IMG/VR virus record: IMGVR_UViG_3300044262_000043
Coordinates: 1-34,693 of that record
Reading direction: 5' to 3' (one strand)
Length of the DNA: 34,693 bases
Source of the DNA: a virus
Taxonomy: Duplodnaviria; Caudoviricetes
Positions 1 to 7,612 of the stretch are shown here, piece by piece (position 1 is the first letter of the stretch; every line of letters starts with the position of its first letter). The notes under the pieces were generated by a model. It was not told where the DNA came from, did no database searches, and worked only from the letters and a program-made list of their open reading frames with translations. The translations under genes were made by a program, and so were the position numbers.

Positions 1-285
1 CACATGGCCGTCCCACGTCTGCGAATCCTCGACGATAGGCAAAGCCTCTTGCAGCAGCGCCTTTAGCCGTTCGACTTCACAGTAAAGACAGCCTTTGTAG
101 CGCTCGTGCTGTTTGCCATTGCGACAGGTAATTGGTCCCATGCCGAGAACGACGTTTTCCTGCTCAGCCAGCAGCGCCTTTAGCCGTTCGACTTCTGCCT
201 CTGCTATCTCTGCGCGCAAAATGGCTTGCTCTAATTTGTAGGCATCAGACAGTCGCCGCGCCGGATCGTTGAAGTTGATATTCAT
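1..285 (-). CDS. Hypothetical phage protein (3' end runs off window)
   Basis: ATG at 285 overlaps the stop of 282..797 (ATGA). Open to window edge: MNINFNDPARRLSDAYKLEQAILRAEIAEAEVERLKALL...CLYCEVERLKALLQEALP. Confidence 0.75.
   Translation of the reverse strand, partial: MNINFNDPARRLSDAYKLEQAILRAEIAEAEVERLKALLAEQENVVLGMGPITCRNGKQHERYKGCLYCEVERLKALLQEALPIVEDSQTWDGHV
52..195. repeat. 27-bp exact direct repeat (52-78, 169-195)
   Basis: cagcagcgcctttagccgttcgacttc occurs twice and encodes EVERLKALL on the minus strand. Confidence 0.95.
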
Positions 286-797
286 TTCGTTTCTTGTCGG
301 CTATTCCCGACAGCCCTTTCCAAGTAATCGCGCAGTGCGGCGCGGGCTTCTGTTATCCGAAGGTCACACATCGCCCAGTGGTTTGCCGCTATCTCATGCA
401 GCCGCATCGCTTCATCAACGTCGAATGGCTCTGCCGCAGGAACGGGATGCTCGTAACGTGGCGACACGATCCAGCGCGGCTTTCCCTCCGCCGCAGGAAC
501 GGGGTGGGCGTAGAGCCAGACCCGTATTCCAGTTTTGAAAAGCAACTTGAATGCTGGCGTTTCCATGTCTGACGGCGGGATGTCTTTCACCAAGCGCATA
601 AATCCGGTTGCTGGCTCAACGTATGCCACCGGCTTCTGCTCCGCGCACTTGCGCAGTGCTGCGGCGGCTTTGTCGCAGCATTCGATTGCATTTGTGCGCC
701 CCTCTACGGATAGGGGCGTGTCTACTCCAAAGCATTCAAACCAGTTTTTCAACTTAATCACCCGCTCAGCGAGCGCCAGCAGTTCGTCGTTGGTCAT
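282..797 (-). CDS. Hypothetical phage protein
   Basis: 171 aa, ATGA-coupled at both ends, contains the PVAY...LYAHP pattern common in small phage accessory proteins. Confidence 0.8.
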   Translation of the reverse strand: MTNDELLALAERVIKLKNWFECFGVDTPLSVEGRTNAIECCDKAAAALRKCAEQKPVAYVEPATGFMRLVKDIPPSDMETPAFKLLFKTGIRVWLYAHPVPAAEGKPRWIVSPRYEHPVPAAEPFDVDEAMRLHEIAANHWAMCDLRITEARAALRDYLERAVGNSRQETK

Positions 798-1027
798 TGC
801 AGTTCCTTGAATGATCCAAAGTCCCTGCCGGGTAGCATGGTGCCGATGTAGTAGCAGGTGATCACGTTATAAAACTTTCCAGCAATTCGTTTGGCATAAG
901 CCTCAGCGGCCTTGATGCTGCTGGCATCGAAGCTGATGGTGAATTTCTTGTCACCGCTTTCCACGATGGCGCGGTAATAGAAAGTCATGCGCTGCTTAGT
1001 CAGCAGATTCTTGCGCCGGGATGGCAT
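794..1027 (-). CDS. Hypothetical phage protein
   Basis: 77 aa, stop coupled to the next start. Alternative start at 988. Confidence 0.7.
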   Translation of the reverse strand: MPSRRKNLLTKQRMTFYYRAIVESGDKKFTISFDASSIKAAEAYAKRIAGKFYNVITCYYIGTMLPGRDFGSFKELQ

Positions 1028-1235
1028 TGGAATCCTTTGTGCGTTTCATTGCTTTGGATGCGCGGATCAGCATCAGGCCGGCCGCGTGCGCTTCCTCTGC
1101 CAGCATGCAGAATTGGCATTCCATGTTCGGCGTGCGCACCGTGGTTAGCAGGATGCCGCTGTCATTGCTGTTATAGATCGACAATTCCAGTCCGGTTTTC
1201 TGCCAATTCAGATTAATCTTGTCGCTGATGGTCAT
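996..1235 (-). CDS. Hypothetical phage protein
   Basis: Start reassigned to ATG 1235 (MTISDKINL...), which overlaps the stop of 1232..1513. Confidence 0.65.
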   Translation of the reverse strand: MTISDKINLNWQKTGLELSIYNSNDSGILLTTVRTPNMECQFCMLAEEAHAAGLMLIRASKAMKRTKDSNAIPAQESAD

Positions 1236-1513
1236 GTCGATTCCTTGGCTTTTGCCAGTGCGGCGCGGGCTTTCTCTGCCATCGCGTCGGCTATTGCGTT
1301 TACGGTCATCGAGCCGTGCGCGGGCCATGAGTCAGCAATCGCACGCAGCGCCGCTACAAGCTCGTCATGCGCGTTGACGCAGCGGACGATGTGGGCGGCG
1401 TTGCCTTCTGCGTATTCCATGGCGCGGCTGGTGGACGCATACGCGATTGCGGCGCTTTTATCGGTGATTATGGTGCGTCGTTCTACTAGCCACGGTGTGG
1501 GCGTGTGGCTCAT
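1232..1513 (-). CDS. Hypothetical phage protein (HTPxPW...ANA type)
   Basis: MSHTPTPW...GNAAHIVRCVNAHDELVAAL...ARAALAKA is a recurrent small phage protein pattern. Confidence 0.85.
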   Translation of the reverse strand: MSHTPTPWLVERRTIITDKSAAIAYASTSRAMEYAEGNAAHIVRCVNAHDELVAALRAIADSWPAHGSMTVNAIADAMAEKARAALAKAKEST

Positions 1514-1516
1514 GGC

Positions 1517-1888
1517 TCAGTCCTTGAAAATCTGATGCAGTTGCGCATAGATCGTCCGCGCTTCAGCCAGTGACAGCGATTCGGTGCGGTTCTTGCCGAA
1601 TGCCAGCGTGATCAGGACCGCGCCTTGCCCGCGTGTCACCATGCGGCGCCGTTTGCGTTCTGGCTGGTCCTTGAATGCCTTGCTGGCGCTAGCCGTGGGC
1701 ACATAGCGCGCTGCCCGCTCGTCGCCGCTGCCGTTTTCTTTCATGATCAGCAGCTTCTTGCTGGTCAGGTAGCTCAGCCGTGACGACACCGTATTGGGGT
1801 TCACGTCAGGCAGCTTGGCGCGCAGTTCCTTGTAGGTGAGTCCCGGGTTATCTGTGAGCGTTTGCAGCAACAGGTCAGCGATTGCCAT
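1517..1888 (-). CDS. Winged helix-turn-helix DNA-binding protein
   Basis: NPGLTYKEL...VNPNTVSSRLSYL...ARY wHTH pattern, GGAG RBS. Confidence 0.75.
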   Translation of the reverse strand: MAIADLLLQTLTDNPGLTYKELRAKLPDVNPNTVSSRLSYLTSKKLLIMKENGSGDERAARYVPTASASKAFKDQPERKRRRMVTRGQGAVLITLAFGKNRTESLSLAEARTIYAQLHQIFKD

Positions 1889-1981
1889 TCTTGGTCTCCA
1901 TGTCTGCCCCCTATGGGCATGATGGAATTCTGAGCGCGATCAGCCAGCCTGAAAATCCCGTGCATGCGGTATAGGGCTGCT

Positions 1982-2009
1982 TTGCCATAGCGCATAGGCG
2001 GTATAGGTT
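1982..2009 (+). promoter_or_regulatory. Possible sigma-70 promoter
   Basis: TTGCCA (1982-1987), 16 nt, TAGGTT (2004-2009). GCGGTATAGG is duplicated at 1966 and 1998. Confidence 0.35.
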
Positions 2010-2026
2010 AGTGATTGCTCACTCAC
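2007..2026. promoter_or_regulatory. Palindromic 20-mer, SlmA-box-like copy 1
   Basis: GTTA-GTGATTGCTCAC-TCAC. Confidence 0.55.
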
Positions 2027-2329
2027 ATCTTTCCTTGGGACACTGACCCTGCAGCAAAAGGGGGCTGCCGCACTGCCAGCGTGATTCCAAGCGGACCTGC
2101 ATGGGTTCCGGCAGTCAACACAGGCTAGCGTTACACACCAACGCTGCACGCCTATCCGGCCTTGACGTAGGGACCGGGCAAGGTCTGGTTGAACTAGGTG
2201 GGACAAGCAGCCAGCGCCGATTGAATACGTCCGTTCAGCGCACTTAGATCAGACATTCACAGAAGCGGAATCTGATTGGAGAAGGGCCGGCTATCCACCC
2301 TTGGGGCAACTATCGACAAGGCAAAAACA

Positions 2330-2349
2330 GATAGTGAGCACTAACCAAC
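2330..2349. promoter_or_regulatory. Palindromic 20-mer, SlmA-box-like copy 2
   Basis: GATA-GTGAGCACTAAC-CAAC. Confidence 0.6.
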
Positions 2350-2429
2350 ATGGCATACCAAGGATACGGGATAGGCAGCAGAAAAATGCGGCCGCATGAT
2401 GGAGCCTCATCAACGCCACAGGGGGCACC

Positions 2430-2657
2430 ATGAACGAAGCCAAGCCGCTAGGACCGCCGCTCAGCAATCCAGACGAGATGAACGAGCAGCGTTCGCCAGC
2501 ACCCTACGAAAGCTTCACCGCCAAGATGATGCGCGAGCGCCGCGAACTGGCCGAGGAAAAGGCTCAACTGGTGTTCGCGCTGCGGGCCATCGCCAACTAC
2601 TGCGACAACCAGCAGGCAGAAATGGCGCGCGTCGTGCTGGCCAAGGTGACGCCATGA
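2430..2657 (+). CDS. Hypothetical phage protein
   Basis: 75 aa, GGGGG RBS, ATGA-coupled to the next gene. Confidence 0.75.
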   Translation: MNEAKPLGPPLSNPDEMNEQRSPAPYESFTAKMMRERRELAEEKAQLVFALRAIANYCDNQQAEMARVVLAKVTP

Positions 2658-3031
2658 AACTGCAGACCGTGGACGAATACATGCGCACCCCGGATGCCTT
2701 CATGGCTGCCGTGCGCGGCATCCCGACGCACCACGTCACCCGAGCGCTGAACAGCCTGACGCCGGGCATCGACTGGCGCGGCACCACCAAGGGGCGCATG
2801 GCTGAAGCCTATGGCGACGCCAATACGCCCGGCACCCGCTATTCCTACTACCAATTGCGCGGCCTGAATCTGGCCGTGCTGCGACTGCGTGCGCTGCAGC
2901 GTGCTGCCAGCAATCCGAATACCGCCAGCGCATTGAGGCTGCCTTTTGGGATCGCGGCCGCAAATACGCCTATGCCTTTGACGAAGTGGCTGCCATTCTG
3001 GCCGAGCAGGAAGCCCGCATTGCGGCGCTAG
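2654..3031 (+). CDS. Hypothetical phage protein
   Basis: Start reassigned to ATG 2654 (MKLQTVDEY...), coupled to the upstream stop. Confidence 0.7.
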   Translation: MKLQTVDEYMRTPDAFMAAVRGIPTHHVTRALNSLTPGIDWRGTTKGRMAEAYGDANTPGTRYSYYQLRGLNLAVLRLRALQRAASNPNTASALRLPFGIAAANTPMPLTKWLPFWPSRKPALRR

Positions 3032-3089
3032 AAGCTAGCAGGGCGGCCCAAGATGCGCCGTTCACTCAAGGCTACAAGCCATTCAAAGC

Positions 3090-3109
3090 GTAAGTTAGTA
3101 CTCACTAAC
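3090..3109. promoter_or_regulatory. Palindromic 20-mer, SlmA-box-like copy 3
   Basis: GTAA-GTTAGTACTCAC-TAAC. The core is 11/12 to GTGAGTACTCAC and abuts the RBS of 3118. Confidence 0.65.
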
Positions 3110-3117
3110 AAGGAACA

Positions 3118-3522
3118 ATGATGAGCCCCGAAAACGTACTGACCGTGTTCAACCACTGGACTGCGATCATGGACCACAAGCGCGCCCGCATGGACGTGGC
3201 TCGCGCCCGCGTCATCCGCGAACGGCTGCGCGATGGCTACAGCGTCGAAGACCTGTGCTTGGCCATCGATGGTTGCGCTGCGTCAAGCTTTCACATGGGC
3301 GAGAATGATCGCCGTCAAGTCTACGATTCCATTTCCCTGATATTGCGCGACGCCGATCACGTCGATAAATTCATCCGCGCTGGCGAGACTGCCCACCGCA
3401 TGATTGCGCAGTCAGTGGAGCGCAGCAAAGAGGCTGCCGTGGCTGCGGCGCCGCCCACCCCGGAACAGGTGGAAAAGGTGCGCGACATGCTGCGTAATGT
3501 CCGACTGCGGCGCGTGGCTTAG
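3118..3522 (+). CDS. Protein resembling the C-terminal helical domain of phage replication initiators
   Basis: VFNHW...R..VIRERLRDGYSVEDLCLAIDG...FHMGEND...YDSISLILR...VDKF pattern, AAGGA RBS. Confidence 0.6.
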   Translation: MMSPENVLTVFNHWTAIMDHKRARMDVARARVIRERLRDGYSVEDLCLAIDGCAASSFHMGENDRRQVYDSISLILRDADHVDKFIRAGETAHRMIAQSVERSKEAAVAAAPPTPEQVEKVRDMLRNVRLRRVA

Positions 3523-3529
3523 GATTACC

Positions 3530-3796
3530 ATGCCGCATGACCAAGAAACGCTCTGGGCGCAGCAGCGTGCCGACAGTTGGCATGCCTTCTGCCGCGCTGC
3601 TGAATCCGCCACTGAAGGCGACAGCAAGGTCGCGTGGGACTACGCTGCAGCGCACCCGCATTGCGTGGAAGAATTACGCCGCTTCGTCAAGGCCATCCGC
3701 GCCGGCACGCTTGTCAAGCAAGCGCCCGGCAAATACAAGTACTACCCGCCGGTCAAATCTGGAAAGTCTGGCGTGGCAACTACTGGCAGAAAATAA
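3530..3796 (+). CDS. Hypothetical protein overlapping the nuclease ORF in another frame
   Basis: AGGA RBS then ATG 3530, helical-looking 88 aa (MPHDQETLWAQQRADSWHAFC...). Confidence 0.5.
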   Translation: MPHDQETLWAQQRADSWHAFCRAAESATEGDSKVAWDYAAAHPHCVEELRRFVKAIRAGTLVKQAPGKYKYYPPVKSGKSGVATTGRK

Positions 3797-4133
3797 CTTG
3801 GCGACTTCTGCGGTTCAGGAATACCGCTTCGCCCGTGAAAGCGTTGGTTCTAGCGCCGGCCTGCGCGATCGGCTCAAGGCTGCCGGCCTGCAGGACTGGC
3901 GCTTTGATATCGCATGGCCTTCTATGGGTCTGGCAGTGGAGCTAGAGGGCGGAACATGGACAGGCGGCCGGCATACGCGCGGCGCCGGCTTCGCGGAGGA
4001 CTGCCGCAAGTACAACGCGGCGCAATTGCTGGGGTGGCTGGTGCTGCGCTTTACTGCAGACCAATTGAAGGATCAAAATGGCTTTCTAGGCGCAGTCCGT
4101 CAAGGGCTGGCATTCAAGGGGGTGGCGACATGA
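3537..4133 (+). CDS. DUF559/Vsr-like PD-(D/E)xK endonuclease (true start uncertain)
   Basis: SNLE...QEYRF...WRFDIAWP...AVELEGGTW..GRH..G.GF..DCRKYNAA...GW.VLRFT motif. Confidence 0.8.
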   Translation: MTKKRSGRSSVPTVGMPSAALLNPPLKATARSRGTTLQRTRIAWKNYAASSRPSAPARLSSKRPANTSTTRRSNLESLAWQLLAENNLATSAVQEYRFARESVGSSAGLRDRLKAAGLQDWRFDIAWPSMGLAVELEGGTWTGGRHTRGAGFAEDCRKYNAAQLLGWLVLRFTADQLKDQNGFLGAVRQGLAFKGVAT

Positions 4134-4303
4134 CGACATGGGGAATGGTGGCTTTCTGGGCGCTGGCTTTCGTGGCTGGTTTTGCTGGTGGATTCTATGG
4201 TTCTAGGATTGGCGAGCGCGTGCGCCGCGCCAAGTACCTGCCGTCGCCAATGACCAAGGCAGCCCGGGCACTGGCCAAGGCCTCGAAACTGCAAGGCGGA
4301 TAG
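4130..4303 (+). CDS. Small membrane protein
   Basis: ATGA-coupled, N-terminal hydrophobic helix (WGMVAFWALAFVAGFAGGFYG) followed by a basic tail. Confidence 0.65.
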   Translation: MTTWGMVAFWALAFVAGFAGGFYGSRIGERVRRAKYLPSPMTKAARALAKASKLQGG

Positions 4304-4401
4304 GCAAGCATGGCGATTGCATAGTGCGGTAAATCGCGCGATGATTCTCCATCTTCTAGGTGCGCGCTCACAGCGGCCGGAAGGAATGGGGAAGGGTCGG
4401 G

Positions 4402-4638
4402 ATGCCGCTATGTCTTGCGCTCTATTGCCTGCTGAATGACGGGCAGCTAACGCAGGCCGAACTGATGGCGCTCAGCGCGCAAGACTGGGCCGCCGTGAAT
4501 TCGGCCCTTCTGGACCTGAAGCATTGCGGGCTCGTCTGGGCCCATGAGGGGCCGGACGGCTGGGTCTGGGGTCAGCTAGACCGGGCCGTCCATCCGCGCA
4601 GCAAGCCTTACCCGCTACATGGTCAGCGCGGAGAATAG
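4402..4638 (+). CDS. Possible small wHTH protein
   Basis: GQLTQAEL...VNSALLDLKHCGLV pattern, purine-rich RBS. Confidence 0.45.
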   Translation: MPLCLALYCLLNDGQLTQAELMALSAQDWAAVNSALLDLKHCGLVWAHEGPDGWVWGQLDRAVHPRSKPYPLHGQRGE

Positions 4639-4794
4639 CGCCGCGATACCGGCAGCCAGCAGCAGCGCGTACCAGTAGCCGCGCAGGCAGCCGATAGGAT
4701 CGTCGCTGTCGGGCTCGTCATAGGTGCCGCAGCGGCGCGCCAGATCAGCGCGCGCCATCAACGCGGCATGCGCGTCAAAGTCTGATTTCAGCAT
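4615..4794 (-). CDS. Small membrane-anchored hypothetical protein (59 aa, not in ORF track)
   Basis: Manual translation MLKSDFDAHAALMARADLARRCGTYDEPDSDDPIGCLRGYWYALLLAAGIAALFSALTM, GGGGGG RBS. Confidence 0.6.
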   Translation of the reverse strand: MLKSDFDAHAALMARADLARRCGTYDEPDSDDPIGCLRGYWYALLLAAGIAALFSALTM

Positions 4795-4820
4795 GTCAAC
4801 CCCCCATGAATGAGTCGCTT

Positions 4821-4964
4821 CTAGCGAGCGGCCGCGCCGACTAGGATATAGAGCGCGCTTTCAATTGACCAGCCGCGCCGCCGCAAATAGACGGCCGCAT
4901 TGCGGACGCCTAGCGTCTTGGCGATCAGTTTGGCGCGCGATAGCTCCATGCGATTTTTCATCAT
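4821..4964 (-). CDS. Small hypothetical protein (47 aa)
   Basis: MMKNRMELSRAKLIAKTLGVRNAAVYLRRRGWSIESALYILVGAAAR, GAGGGA RBS. Confidence 0.6.
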   Translation of the reverse strand: MMKNRMELSRAKLIAKTLGVRNAAVYLRRRGWSIESALYILVGAAAR

Positions 4965-4968
4965 GGTC

Positions 4969-5115
4969 TTATCCCTCGAAACGGCGGAAAGTCAGGCGAT
5001 GCGCCCATTCGCGGCCGCAGTCATACGCTTCCATCAATCCATAATCGTCGTAATGCGTGGTGAGCGAGCGCCGAAATTCCAACGCGCCAGTGACAAATGC
5101 AAATAGCTTTTTCAT
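4969..5115 (-). CDS. Small hypothetical protein (48 aa)
   Basis: MKKLFAFVTGALEFRRSLTTHYDDYGLMEAYDCGREWAHRLTFRRFEG, ATGA-coupled to the upstream gene. Confidence 0.65.
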   Translation of the reverse strand: MKKLFAFVTGALEFRRSLTTHYDDYGLMEAYDCGREWAHRLTFRRFEG

Positions 5116-5363
5116 GATCCTGCCCCCCAGTTAAGCGGCGCAGCCAGCGTGCCACGCTCGCGCGCCTCAATCTCGCGGCCGGCGTTGATGGCCGCATCCG
5201 CTTGCTGCGTCGTGCGGATGCCGGCTAGGCTGAATTGCTGCGCAATGGATCGCGCGCCATAGCCGTCATGTTCGTGCAGCCAGAGCGCGCGCAGGCAAGC
5301 ATACCGGCCATAGCGGCGTAGGGCTGCGCTTGTTGCCTTGCTGTAGCCTTTGGCGCGCGTCAT
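5112..5363 (-). CDS. Hypothetical phage protein
   Basis: 83 aa, ATGA-coupled on both sides. Confidence 0.75.
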   Translation of the reverse strand: MTRAKGYSKATSAALRRYGRYACLRALWLHEHDGYGARSIAQQFSLAGIRTTQQADAAINAGREIEARERGTLAAPLNWGAGS

Positions 5364-5695
5364 GATTGCCGCCTAGCGCGCGCATAGCGTGCGCGCAGAT
5401 TGGCAGTGATGCCCGCATCAATGCCGCGCTCGTATTCGGACCATAGCGCGTCAGAATTCGGTGCCTCGTTGAAAGCGTGCGCGGTGAACTCGAAAGGTGA
5501 GTATTGCCGGCCGTTCGATTCTGCTTCGTGCGCAAACATGGCGTGCACGTCGCGTTGATTGTCGGCCGTGAGGGTGCCATAGCCTACCCAGTCCAGATGG
5601 CGCGGAATCTCGGCGCCTAGCTCTGGCACGTCGCACCATGAGGCGCAGCTATGGCCGGCAGCGCGGCCCATGCGGAACGCTTCGCGTTTGTTCAT
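5360..5695 (-). CDS. Hypothetical phage protein
   Basis: Start reassigned to ATG 5695 (MNKREAFRMG...) with AGGGGG RBS. Confidence 0.75.
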   Translation of the reverse strand: MNKREAFRMGRAAGHSCASWCDVPELGAEIPRHLDWVGYGTLTADNQRDVHAMFAHEAESNGRQYSPFEFTAHAFNEAPNSDALWSEYERGIDAGITANLRARYARARRQS

Positions 5696-5765
5696 CGATT
5701 GCCCCCTAGCGGTTAGGTACTGGCCAGCCTTTAACGTCGTCACATGGCCAAGACGGTTCGTGCGA

Positions 5766-5818
5766 GAGTGCACGCTGCAGCCCCCTAGGATCGCTCCCAA
5801 GGGGCTGCGCTTGCACTC
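5766..5818 (-). other. Conserved RNA hairpin A with internal loop (RNase III-site-like)
   Basis: GAGUGCA-AGC-GCAGCCCC...GGGGCUGC-AGCG-UGCACUC immediately after the DUF932 stop. Confidence 0.6.
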
Positions 5819-6909
5819 TAGCTGGCCATGGCCATAAGGTCGCCTGCCTGCCGCTCAAGGTCCACGCGGCGATCGGTGTGCGTGATGCTGCGCGCGTAGG
5901 CGGTCACTGCCGTCGTCGCGTCCCAAATGGTCTCAATCGGCCGGCCTTCGTCCAATTCGTGCGCGGTGATGATCGACTGAACCACGCGCTTGCCGAAACG
6001 CTTGGCAAGGAACTCGCTCACGTCCGTTTCGATTTTCGTGGCGCGCGCGTTGGCGATGGCTTGCTCGATGCCGCGCGTGCTGCTCTGGGCGTAGTTCTCA
6101 AGGGCAGGCGCTACCTCAGCGATGAACTTGTCGGGCGCGCTGATCGTATGGCGCACGCGGATTTCCTTGTACTCTGCCGCGCCCCAAACAATGCGATTGC
6201 AGCAAACGTAGTCGAACAGGAAAGTCGCGATGCCAAGCGTCTTGTCGCCTTCCTCGGAATTCCAAACGAAGAATCCGCGCGCCATCGTGCCGGCTTCGCC
6301 GTCGCGGCGATTCGGGATTTCGATGCGGTTGTTCTCGTCCGCCAGAAAAACGAACATGTCGCGGTCAGAGGCGTACAGCGTCGTATTCGCCTTCGTGACA
6401 TCTACCGCCTTGCCGAATTCGCCCGGCACGCGGAAATGACCGCTGACACCATCGCCAAAGCGGTTCACCAGCGCGCCGACGACGTCCGAATTCCAGACGC
6501 GGCCATACTTCGGGCCAGTGACAGCACGCGCGATGGGATCGCCGCCATTCTTGTAGAGCAGCACGCCCACGTCCTCGATATCGCGCTTGCACTGCAGGCC
6601 GAAATTGATGCAGTCCGCAGCCATGGGCGACGGCAGCGTGCGCAGATAGCCGGCCGGCGCTTCCGCAAGCTGGGCAAGCTGGCCGAATGACCAATGAGTC
6701 GGGGCGTAATCGTGGCCATTGGGACCGCGCAGGACGAGCCCCTTGTTATCGTCAAGGGGAAGTGCTTCCAGCCGGCGCGACGGCACGACGACGGCACGGC
6801 TATTGGCGCGGATGGCTTGGAAATGGTCCAGCATGGAAGGCAGATCAACAAAGCGTTGATCGTCCGGCCGGCTCGCCCACTGGTTTGATGCGGTCATGAT
6901 CGTTGACAT
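5818..6909 (-). CDS. DUF932-family phage/plasmid protein
   Basis: 363 aa, WSFGQL...RAVTGPKYGRVWN...LYASDRDMFVFL...GFFVWNSE.G...FDYVCCNRIVWG...RH signature. Confidence 0.8.
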   Translation of the reverse strand: MSTIMTASNQWASRPDDQRFVDLPSMLDHFQAIRANSRAVVVPSRRLEALPLDDNKGLVLRGPNGHDYAPTHWSFGQLAQLAEAPAGYLRTLPSPMAADCINFGLQCKRDIEDVGVLLYKNGGDPIARAVTGPKYGRVWNSDVVGALVNRFGDGVSGHFRVPGEFGKAVDVTKANTTLYASDRDMFVFLADENNRIEIPNRRDGEAGTMARGFFVWNSEEGDKTLGIATFLFDYVCCNRIVWGAAEYKEIRVRHTISAPDKFIAEVAPALENYAQSSTRGIEQAIANARATKIETDVSEFLAKRFGKRVVQSIITAHELDEGRPIETIWDATTAVTAYARSITHTDRRVDLERQAGDLMAMAS

Positions 6910-6953
6910 TTCAGTTTCCTATGCGGCGTATCCGGCCGCTGCGGATTCGTGCA

Positions 6954-6997
6954 AGGCGCACGCTGCAACGCCCCGTGAGGCGCTGCGCTTGCGTCCT
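6954..6997 (-). other. Conserved RNA hairpin B with internal loop
   Basis: AGGACGCA-AGC-GCAGCGCC-UCACGG-GGCGUUGC-AGCG-UGCGCCU after the stop of 6996..7244. Confidence 0.6.
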
Positions 6998-7244
6998 ACA
7001 GGCTGGCCGGCACGTCGCGCAGCACGCGCACTGCTGCGTCGGCGTAGGGTCGCAGGATCACGATGCGGTCAGTCTCGTCGGCCATGCGCAAGGCGCCGAA
7101 TACTGCGTGCAGCATGTCGGACTTGTCCTGCTGGCCGATACGCCGGTAGGCGTCCGCTGCATCGCGCAGCACTTGAACGGCTAGCTCGGCTTGCGCTTCG
7201 TTGATGCAGAAGGTGGCGGTAGCTGGTTTGTTGCGGTGCGTCAT
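6996..7244 (-). CDS. Hypothetical protein, first gene of the leftward early operon
   Basis: Start reassigned to ATG 7244 (MTHRNKPATATF...) with GGAG RBS. Confidence 0.7.
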   Translation of the reverse strand: MTHRNKPATATFCINEAQAELAVQVLRDAADAYRRIGQQDKSDMLHAVFGALRMADETDRIVILRPYADAAVRVLRDVPASL

Positions 7245-7612
7245 GATCGCTCCATGGGTGGCGGGAGTCCCAATGCTGAGGCTTGCCAGCCCTGCCGCAT
7301 ATCCCGCAAGCATGGTAGGCCGGCCAGCGCTGGGCCATTCGGCGCCGCCATATGGTTGCCGCTGGCCCGCGCTCCCAGCACCCATGCTGCACTGCAGCGA
7401 CCTGGCATCCGCAAAGCGCAATGCAATCAATCAGCTAGCGCCGATTGCTCACAAAGCACGCGAAGGAAAGCGCCTAACTCGCATTTCACATTGTGCAGAA
7501 TCGACGATCGCCACCTTGGACGTATCAACCCAGCCAGATCGGCCAGAGCGCCCCAAACGGCCGCCAAACGCGCCGCAGCGGCATGTATTGATTACCATCG
7601 CGCCAATACGCT

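Noticed and set aside
2291-2299. DnaA-box-like CTATCCACC
   Set aside because: Two mismatches to TTATCCACA and a single copy, so it is insufficient on its own.
5878-6690. 270-aa plus-strand ORF
   Set aside because: Shadow of the DUF932 gene.
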